A program made the translations under genes and the position numbers. Below, one piece after another: positions 9,606 to 16,586 of a DNA stretch of 58,003 nt. Under the pieces are notes generated by a model. It searched no databases. It saw nothing but the letters and a program-made list of their open reading frames with translations, and was not told the origin of the DNA. Origin of the DNA: Lachnospiraceae bacterium (GTDB lineage: Bacteria > Bacillota > Clostridia > Lachnospirales > Lachnospiraceae); assembly GCA_030524665.1 (NCBI GenBank), contig JAUNGL010000003.1, forward strand, positions 1 to 58,003. Reading direction: 5' to 3'. The first letter of the stretch is position 1, and each line of letters begins with the position of its first letter.

Positions 9606-10601
9606 ATGGAAATGCCGAAGAAAATAAAGACGAACTATCTTATCAATTTTATCGGTCTGCTCGTTCTGTTTGCCGTTTTGTACCTGCTGTTTGAGAACGG
9701 AGTGTTCGGAGCACGGACCAATTATTTTAAAGGAATTGCAACTACTGCATGTTATACAATTATTGTAGTTGCATCGCTGAACCTTCTGGTAGGAATTATG
9801 GGAGAGTTTTCACTTGGTCATGCGGGATTTATGTCGGTGGGAGCCTATGCATCCGCAGTCTTGACCAATGCGGTTGCAGATAAGGGAATCCCTGATTTTC
9901 CACTGTTTTTGCTGGCAATTGTAGCAGGAGGAATTGCCGCGGCAATCACCGGGGTACTGGTCGGCATCCCGACGCTGAAGCTGCGCGGAGACTATCTGGC
10001 GATTGTAACGGTTGCATTTGCGGAAATCATCCGTGTGGCGTTTACGAATTTTGAGATCACGGGCGGCGGACGTACGATGTCCGGTATCACGAAGCTTTCT
10101 GATTTCTATTGGGTATTCTGGGTGATGGTAGTCTGTGTGACGATCATGTATATGTTTATCCGTTCGCGGTTCGGGCGTACCGTGAAGGCGATCCGCGAGG
10201 ATTATATCGCGGCGGCGGCTTCCGGAGTGAATGTGACCTTCTATAAAGTAATGACATTTACAATTTCTGCATTCTTTGCCGGGATCGGTGGGGCTATCTA
10301 TGCGCATTATATGACGGCTATGATCCCGACCTCATTCAATTTTATGTATTCGGCAGAGTTTCTGACCGAGGTAATCATCGGCGGTACGGGCTCATTGACC
10401 GGATCAATTATCGGAGCAGCTTTTCTTTCAGCTCTGCCGGAAGCCATGCGTGCATTTGCCCGTTACCGTATGCTGGGATATTCGATCGTTCTCGTGCTAG
10501 TTATGATTTTCAAGCCAGGAGGAATCTTCGGAACCTGGGAATTTTCACTGAGCCGTGTACTCGGCAAACTCAGAGGCAAAAACAGAAAGGAGGCGGCATA
10601 G
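9606..10601 (+). CDS. livM: HAAT ABC transporter permease
   Basis: GEFSLGHAGF, LKLRGDYLAIVT, SRFGRTVKAIRED motifs. Confidence 0.93.
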   Translation: MEMPKKIKTNYLINFIGLLVLFAVLYLLFENGVFGARTNYFKGIATTACYTIIVVASLNLLVGIMGEFSLGHAGFMSVGAYASAVLTNAVADKGIPDFPLFLLAIVAGGIAAAITGVLVGIPTLKLRGDYLAIVTVAFAEIIRVAFTNFEITGGGRTMSGITKLSDFYWVFWVMVVCVTIMYMFIRSRFGRTVKAIREDYIAAAASGVNVTFYKVMTFTISAFFAGIGGAIYAHYMTAMIPTSFNFMYSAEFLTEVIIGGTGSLTGSIIGAAFLSALPEAMRAFARYRMLGYSIVLVLVMIFKPGGIFGTWEFSLSRVLGKLRGKNRKEAA

Positions 10602-11402
10602 ATGAGAGGGGAAAAGGTTCCGGTACTGAAAGCATCTCATCTGGGTATTCAGTTCGGCGGCTTGAAAGCAGTAGATGATTTCAATATGGAAATCGGAGAA
10701 TCCGAGCTGATTGGCCTGATTGGTCCGAACGGGGCAGGCAAGACCACGGTCTTTAACCTGCTGACCGGAGTTTATCAGCCAACCGAAGGTGCATTCTATC
10801 TCTGTGGTGAGAAGATGAATGGGAAAAAAACACATCAGGTTGTGGAAGCGGGCATTGCCCGTACATTTCAGAATATCCGTCTCTTCAAGAAATTGTCGGT
10901 TCTGGAAAATGTCAAGGTGGCCATGAACAAGGATATGAAATATTCCATGATAGCCGCACTGTTCCGCACCGGAAAATACTGGGCGGAGGAAGCAGAGACA
11001 GACAGGAAGGCGCTGGAACTTCTCCGCATAGTGCATTTGGAGGATAAGGCAGGATATATCGCAGAGAATCTTCCCTACGGAGAACAGCGGAGACTGGAAA
11101 TCGCGAGAGCACTTGCAACCGGGATGAAGCTGCTGCTTCTGGATGAGCCTGCAGCGGGTATGAACCCTACAGAGACAGCGGAACTGCTGGATATTATCAA
11201 TCATATCCGGGATGTATTTGGAATTTCCGTGCTTCTGATCGAGCATGATATGTCACTTGTCATGAAAATCTGTGAGAAAATTCAGGTAATTGATTACGGA
11301 GTGACGATTGCAAGCGGAACCCCGGAGGAGATAGCGAACAATCCCAAGGTAATTGAAGCGTATCTCGGCAAGGATGAGGAGCAGGAGGGAAGCTATGCTT
11401 GA
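10602..11402 (+). CDS. livG: HAAT ABC transporter ATP-binding protein
   Basis: GPNGAGKTT, ARTFQNIRLF, LPYGEQRRLEIARAL, LLLDEPAAG motifs. Confidence 0.95.
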   Translation: MRGEKVPVLKASHLGIQFGGLKAVDDFNMEIGESELIGLIGPNGAGKTTVFNLLTGVYQPTEGAFYLCGEKMNGKKTHQVVEAGIARTFQNIRLFKKLSVLENVKVAMNKDMKYSMIAALFRTGKYWAEEAETDRKALELLRIVHLEDKAGYIAENLPYGEQRRLEIARALATGMKLLLLDEPAAGMNPTETAELLDIINHIRDVFGISVLLIEHDMSLVMKICEKIQVIDYGVTIASGTPEEIANNPKVIEAYLGKDEEQEGSYA

Positions 11403-12099
11403 AGTAAAGGATCTGTACGTAAATTATGGTGCGGTTGAGGCAATCAAAGGAATCAGTTTTCACGTAAATCAGGGAGAAATCGTGACGCTGATCGGCGCTA
11501 ACGGAGCCGGAAAGACGACCACACTTCATACGATTTCCGGGCTGACGAAGGCGAAAAGCGGTTCTGTTACCTATGATGGGCATGACCTTCTGAAGACAGA
11601 ACCGTCCAGAATCATTACGCTTGGGATTGCACATGTGCCGGAAGGACGCCATATATTTCCGCAGATGACCGTCGAGGAAAATCTGCAGATGGGTGCATAT
11701 ACAAGCAAAAATAAAGACCGCGCAGCCGCAGCGATGAAGGATGTCTATGAAAAATTCCCGAGATTGAGAGAGCGCCGGAAGCAGATGGCAGGAACACTTT
11801 CCGGCGGGGAACAGCAGATGCTGGCTGTAGGTCGGGCGTTGATGGGAGAACCGAGTATCATTTTAATGGATGAGCCGTCGATGGGACTTTCACCGCTTCT
11901 GGTAAAAGAGGTGTTTGCAATTATCAAAGAGATCCATGAGGCGGGAATTACCGTACTTCTGAATGAACAGAATGCGAAAATGGCTCTGTCCATCGCAGAC
12001 CGGGCGTACGTGCTTGAAACGGGTACCATATCGATCAGCGGGAATGCGCAGGAGCTCCTGCAGGATGAGCGGGTGAAGAAAGCCTATCTTGGACAATAA
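11395..12099 (+). CDS. livF: HAAT ABC transporter ATP-binding protein
   Basis: GANGAGKTT, HVPEGR, LSGGEQQML, DEPSMGLSP motifs; GGAGG precedes ATG 11395. Confidence 0.95.
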   Translation: MLEVKDLYVNYGAVEAIKGISFHVNQGEIVTLIGANGAGKTTTLHTISGLTKAKSGSVTYDGHDLLKTEPSRIITLGIAHVPEGRHIFPQMTVEENLQMGAYTSKNKDRAAAAMKDVYEKFPRLRERRKQMAGTLSGGEQQMLAVGRALMGEPSIILMDEPSMGLSPLLVKEVFAIIKEIHEAGITVLLNEQNAKMALSIADRAYVLETGTISISGNAQELLQDERVKKAYLGQ

Positions 12100-12185
12100 A
12101 AAGACCTGCAGTGGCAAACGGATGCGGCCAGTATTGACATAAATGCAGTGATTAACCATACGGATATGGTGGAACGGAGTAGAGG

Positions 12186-12824
12186 ATGAGCAGTAAATAT
12201 TATGCAGTATGCATCACAAGAACCTGCGGTTCCGGCGGCACCGAGATCGGAAAAATGCTGGCGGAACAGCTTGGAATTGATTTATATGACCGCAAGCTTC
12301 TGCGGCTGGCATCGGAGGATTCCGGAATCAGCGAGGAACTGTTTGCAAAGGCGGATCAGGATGTGAAAAAAACACTCCTGTACAAGGTATCAAAAGCAGT
12401 CTACGACGGAGAAATCATTCCGCCGGAAAGCGGAAATTTCCTTTCAGACCGGAATCTGTTCGAGTATCAGGCGCGGGTGCTTGCAGGCCTTTTACAGAAG
12501 GAAAGCTTTGTTGTGCTGGGACGCGCGGCAGATTTTGTGCTGAAGGATCACCCGGAAGCAGTCAGTGTTTTTCTGTCTGCTTCCCCGGAGGCGTGCTTTC
12601 TGAGGGAACAGGAAATCATGCAGACAGATACGATTGGTGTGAACCGTCATATCAGAAGTATCAACCGTTACCGCAGTGATTATTATAAATACCATACCGG
12701 AAACAAGTGGAAGAATCCTGAAAATTATGATCTCTGCCTGCGGACAGATGTACTGGGATATCAGGGATGTGTCGATGTCATCTGTGATTACTTGGAACGG
12801 AGACTTCGACGGAAGATCAGATAA
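12186..12824 (+). CDS. Cytidylate kinase-like family P-loop protein
   Basis: ITRTCGSGGTEIG, YDRKLL, VVLGRAADFVL, YYKYHTG.KW..PENYDLCL motifs. Confidence 0.85.
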   Translation: MSSKYYAVCITRTCGSGGTEIGKMLAEQLGIDLYDRKLLRLASEDSGISEELFAKADQDVKKTLLYKVSKAVYDGEIIPPESGNFLSDRNLFEYQARVLAGLLQKESFVVLGRAADFVLKDHPEAVSVFLSASPEACFLREQEIMQTDTIGVNRHIRSINRYRSDYYKYHTGNKWKNPENYDLCLRTDVLGYQGCVDVICDYLERRLRRKIR

Positions 12825-12843
12825 ATGAAGAAAAAGCAAAGAA

Positions 12844-12876
12844 GGCGGCTGACCGGAACATCCGGCCGGCTGTTTT
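12844..12876 (+). terminator. Probable intrinsic terminator of the liv operon
   Basis: GC-rich stem GGCGGCTGACCGGA/TCCGGCCGGCTG followed by TTTT, 20 bp after the stop codon. Confidence 0.55.
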
Positions 12877-13127
12877 AATTTAGAAAAGTATTGCTAGGCA
12901 ACCGGAGAATGGGCAGCGTTCTGGTCACAAAAGGAACCTTTGCCTTTACTGAAGATACAATGGGAGCCTGTGGGAATACATGAGAGACAATTTCATGAGA
13001 TATTTTAAGATTCTGGAGTACCATGAGAAGTGTTTTCTTCTCATGGTACTTGTAAAATAAATTGCAGAATCATGCAATTCTGAGCAAGCAACCAGACAGG
13101 GTATGAATGGCTGTTTCACATGACGGT

Positions 13128-14501
13128 TCAGACTGTTTCAGCGATATGGCGTGCCACATATACACCGCTTGCAGAAGCGTGTGACAGAGAGTGCGTTACG
13201 CCGCTGCCATCGCCTATAATATACAATCCCCTGTATTTCTTCGTTTCAAGGTTTTCATCCAGCTCCACTTCCATATTGTAGAATTTGACTTCCACGCCGT
13301 AGAGCAGGGTATCATCATTCGCCGTTCCTGGTGCAATTTTGTCAAGCGCGTAAATCATCTCCATGATGCCGTCCAGAATACGTTTGGGAAGGACAAGGCT
13401 CAGGTCACCGGGAGTCGCTGCGAGAGTCGGGGTTACCAGACCTTCTTTGATACGGTTCACCGTGCTGCGCCGTCCGCGTACGAGATCTCCGAAACGCTGT
13501 ACAATGACACCGCCGCCAAGCATGTTTGAAAGTCTGGCGATACTCTCGCCGTATCCGTTGCTGTCCTTGAACGGCTCTGAGAAATGCTTCGCCACGAGCA
13601 GTGCAAAATTCGTATTCTCAGTCTGATGCTCCGGATCTTCGTAGCTGTGACCATTCACAGTGACAATCCCATTCGTATTTTCATTTACAACGATACCGTA
13701 AGGGTTCATACAGAAGGTACGTACATTATCTTCAAATTTCTCGGTGCGGTATACGATTTTGCTCTCATAAAGCTCATCTGTCAGATGCGAGAAAATCACA
13801 GCCGGGAGTTCGACCCTGACACCGATATCCACACGATTGGATTTGGTCGGAATCTCGAGATCCTTACAGATCGTTTCCATCCATTTGCTGCCGCTGCGGC
13901 CGACTGAGACAATACAGTTTGTACAGTCAACAGAGCCATCCTTATAATATACACGGTAACCATCCTCCAGATGCTCCAGCCTGGTGACAGGAGTATGGAA
14001 GTGGAACTCCACCTTGTCCTTCAGTTCGTTATACAGATTTTCCAGCACGACGTAATTGATATCCGTGCCGAGATGACGCACAGATGCATCGAGGAGCTTC
14101 AGCTTGTTCTGCATACAGAGCTTCTTGAATTTCGTACCTGCGGTCGAGTACATTTTGGTGCCTTCCCCGCCATGGGAGAGATTGATCTCATCGACGTATT
14201 TCATTAGTTCAATCGCCTGTGTCTTGCCGATATATTCGTATAATGTGCCGCCGAAATCATTCGTGATATTGTATTTGCCATCCGAAAAAGCACCTGCACC
14301 GCCGAAACCATTCATGATCGCACAAGTTTTGCACTTGATACAGGACTTTACCTTAACGCCGTCAATCGGACAATGCCGCTTTTCAAGGGAATAACCGGAT
14401 TCAAAAACTGCGATTTTCAATTTGTCATTTTTCTGAACCAGTTCATAGGCAGAAAAAATACCACCCGGTCCAGCCCCAACAATAATTACATCATATTTCA
14501 T
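13128..14501 (-). CDS. NAD(P)/FAD-dependent oxidoreductase (COG2509-like)
   Basis: YDVIIVGAGPGG dinucleotide fold, GFGGAGAFSDGK, DIGVRVE, VRTFCMNP, TNFALL, GDGSG motifs. Confidence 0.9.
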   Translation of the reverse strand: MKYDVIIVGAGPGGIFSAYELVQKNDKLKIAVFESGYSLEKRHCPIDGVKVKSCIKCKTCAIMNGFGGAGAFSDGKYNITNDFGGTLYEYIGKTQAIELMKYVDEINLSHGGEGTKMYSTAGTKFKKLCMQNKLKLLDASVRHLGTDINYVVLENLYNELKDKVEFHFHTPVTRLEHLEDGYRVYYKDGSVDCTNCIVSVGRSGSKWMETICKDLEIPTKSNRVDIGVRVELPAVIFSHLTDELYESKIVYRTEKFEDNVRTFCMNPYGIVVNENTNGIVTVNGHSYEDPEHQTENTNFALLVAKHFSEPFKDSNGYGESIARLSNMLGGGVIVQRFGDLVRGRRSTVNRIKEGLVTPTLAATPGDLSLVLPKRILDGIMEMIYALDKIAPGTANDDTLLYGVEVKFYNMEVELDENLETKKYRGLYIIGDGSGVTHSLSHASASGVYVARHIAETV

Positions 14502-14544
14502 TTTGTCACCTCATTTACATACCATTTTTATCTTTGCCTTAGAG

Positions 14545-14675
14545 AAAAAAGAACCCGCTCTTCCACATTTGAAAGAATACGAGTTCTTATGCAGTCACTT
14601 CTCTTTTTCATTATAACGGGTGCGAAAATAGGATGTCAAGACAAATATGAAGAGTGGGTTGATAAGTTCGTGTTT
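14545..14675 (-). promoter_or_regulatory. PurBox-like site, sigma-A promoter and leader terminator upstream of the FAD oxidoreductase
   Basis: Minus strand AAACACGAACTTA, then TTGACA-18-TATAAT, then the stem AAGAACTCGT...GCGGGTTC followed by T6 before the RBS. Confidence 0.55.
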
Positions 14676-14676
14676 G

Positions 14677-14714
14677 GTTACTGTTCGCGGGACAGCTACC
14701 CCATGAGCAGTAAC
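14677..14714. repeat. Short extragenic palindrome (GTTACTGTTC...GAGCAGTAAC)
   Basis: 10-bp near-perfect inverted repeat with GTTAC/GTAAC ends. Confidence 0.45.
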
Positions 14715-14753
14715 GAAGGCTGTCTGTTTATGGGGAAATGTGGCAGATTATAA

Positions 14754-14782
14754 TTGAAAACATTGGATATTGATGGTATGAT
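14754..14782 (+). promoter_or_regulatory. Sigma-A promoter of type I toxin mRNA
   Basis: TTGAAA-17-TATGAT with extended TG. Confidence 0.7.
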
Positions 14783-14898
14783 AATTCCGTGGCAGAAATG
14801 CCATGGAAGAGTTACCCACGACGGGGTGGTAGCCTCCCGAGCCTTACAGACCGAAGCCTTTATGGTGACGGAATAAACAGGAAGGGAGGTGCGTGATT

Positions 14899-15015
14899 AT
14901 GACAGTTTATGAGATTTTGTTTCTTGTCATCGGCATATTGACTTTGTTGATTGCCTTTGGCAGCTTGATTGTTGCGTTTCTTGCCTTTCTTGACAGAAAG
15001 CACAAGAAGAAATAA
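14899..15015 (+). CDS. Type I toxin, putative holin-like small membrane peptide (38 aa)
   Basis: MTVYEILFLVIGILTLLIAFGSLIVAFLAFLDRKHKKK; SD GGGAGGTG; anti-SD CCTCCC at 14833-14838. Below the ORF-track size cutoff. Confidence 0.85.
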   Translation: MTVYEILFLVIGILTLLIAFGSLIVAFLAFLDRKHKKK

Positions 15016-15109
15016 AAATGCCTATCCTGTCGGCCAACAGGATAGGCGGTGTCCATAAGGACAATTAACCCATTCGAGAGACATCCACTTTGGAGTGGGT
15101 GCTCTTTCT
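15010..15109 (-). ncRNA. Putative cis-antisense antitoxin sRNA (~100 nt; ends approximate)
   Basis: Minus-strand promoter TTGATA-17-TACATT (15144-15116) and minus-strand terminator GCCTATCCTGT..ACAGGATAGGC plus ATTTTTATTT overlapping the toxin stop codon. Confidence 0.72.
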
Positions 15110-15254
15110 ATATCTAATGTACCACTAATCTGGATTTTTATCAATGAAAAACGAAAAATTCATTATATTTTCATAAATCCGTCGGAGATTTATTCCCACG
15201 AAGCAATGAGCCAAGTAGCCGTGCTTGCACGGATATTTGGCGAATGCCGCGAGG

Positions 15255-15322
15255 GTCAAATACCCCGCAGCTCTGCTGCGCTGCAAATTTGATACCCCGT
15301 AGCTTGCTGCGGGGTATTTGAC
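15255..15322. repeat. Palindromic REP/MITE-like element
   Basis: 17-bp perfect terminal inverted repeat GTCAAATACCCCGCAGC / GCTGCGGGGTATTTGAC, with an internal second copy of ATACCCCG.AGC. Confidence 0.65.
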
Positions 15323-15484
15323 TTGATCAAGAAAATAAAATATGGAACCAGTGATTGAGCGCCAGATCGGATGTCCCTGTTTATCATGTCGGTTCCTTTT
15401 CGGAGTAGTAAGAATTGAAAAGACCACCGGGTATATTATAAAAAGAAAATTTTGTGAAGATGGAAGAGTGTGACAGATTGATCT

Positions 15485-16113
15485 ATGCTGCATGATAAAG
15501 ACATACGTGAGCCGTTGTTCGATTTCCTTGAGGAGCGGCAGGGAAGATTCGGATTATAGAAGAAAAGCAAATGGGAAAATCACGTGCGGATTTGGTGATG
15601 GTACAGCCGGACTCGCTGTCCGGCATTGAGATTAAGAGTGATGCAGATTCTTATGCAAGACTGCAGCGTCAGGTGAGGGATTATAACCGCTATTTTGATT
15701 TCAATTATGCGGTCGTTGGGACGAGCCATGCTCTGCATATTGAGGAACATGTTCCGGACTGGTGGGGGATTATCACGGTGGATGAGGTGGATGGCGGTGC
15801 TGATTTTTATGTGCTCCGCACGGCAAAAATGAATCCGAAGGTGGATTGGAAGAAAAAGCTGAGTCTGCTCTGGCGGCCGGAGCTGGTACATATTCAGGAG
15901 TTGAATGGTCTGCCTAAGTATCGGGATAAGAGCAAGCAGTTTGTGATTGAAAAAATCCTGGAGAAAGTGCCGGAGGAGCTTCTGGCGGAACAGATCAGTG
16001 AGGAATTGTTTGAGCGGGACTATAACGAGATTGCAGAAGTGATTCAGGAGTACCGGGAAAAAAGATCCGGGAAGGGGCATGTGAGAAAAATCAGGCGGCG
16101 CAGGCGGACATGA
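15485..16113 (+). pseudogene. sce7726-family PD-(D/E)XK nuclease-like protein, frameshifted
   Basis: MLHDKDIREPLFDFLEERQ from ATG 15485 continues as KIRIIEEKQMGKSRADLV...GIEIKSDAD..RL..Q..DY only if one base is added at the G run 15541-15543. Confidence 0.7.
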
Positions 16114-16442
16114 TTGAAGAATGGTCGGGAGAGCGTAAATCAAATGACTTGCTGTATGTGCAGACATATGCTGCGGGCAAAAAGAAACAAATAAGAGAAC
16201 AGGGACATAAAGCAGATATGGGATGATGGGGAGATTGAGTTACAACCGGATCATATCATATTAGAAAAGAATGGGGACTGGTACATGAATGGAAATGTAC
16301 CGGTTCTTTTTATGCTTGTTTCAGACCTGCAGCGAAGATACAGATGAGTGACTGTTCATGGGAATGAATTTTCAAATACGCTCCAGGAGCCGTGAATCAT
16401 ATAATTTCGCTGCTGTCCGGATATTTTTCCTGAACTTCAATT

Positions 16443-16496
16443 TAGAGAAAAAATAGAGTCTTTTTAGAGATTCCTTAGAGATTTGAATGGTAAAGT
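16443..16496 (+). promoter_or_regulatory. Four TAGAG direct repeats at 11-bp period upstream of an extended -10
   Basis: TAGAG at 16443, 16454, 16465 and 16476, followed by TGGTAAAGT. Resembles an OmpR/PhoB-type operator. Confidence 0.6.
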
Positions 16497-16586
16497 GAAA
16501 ACAGATCAATGCTGTGAGAAGAAAAACGTTTCTTATAGTATTGCGGAATCTAACTTTCTGTAAACAGTAAGAAGGAGGAATTATTT

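Noticed and set aside
13017-13050. 14-bp perfect inverted repeat AGTACCATGAGAAG/CTTCTCATGGTACT
   Set aside because: Lies between convergent genes and is most simply a 3'-end hairpin; no clear T-tract and no evidence for another role.
16110-16226. 38-aa ORF overlapping the sce7726 stop codon (MIEEWSGERK...)
   Set aside because: No recognisable motif and weak SD; cannot be distinguished from chance.
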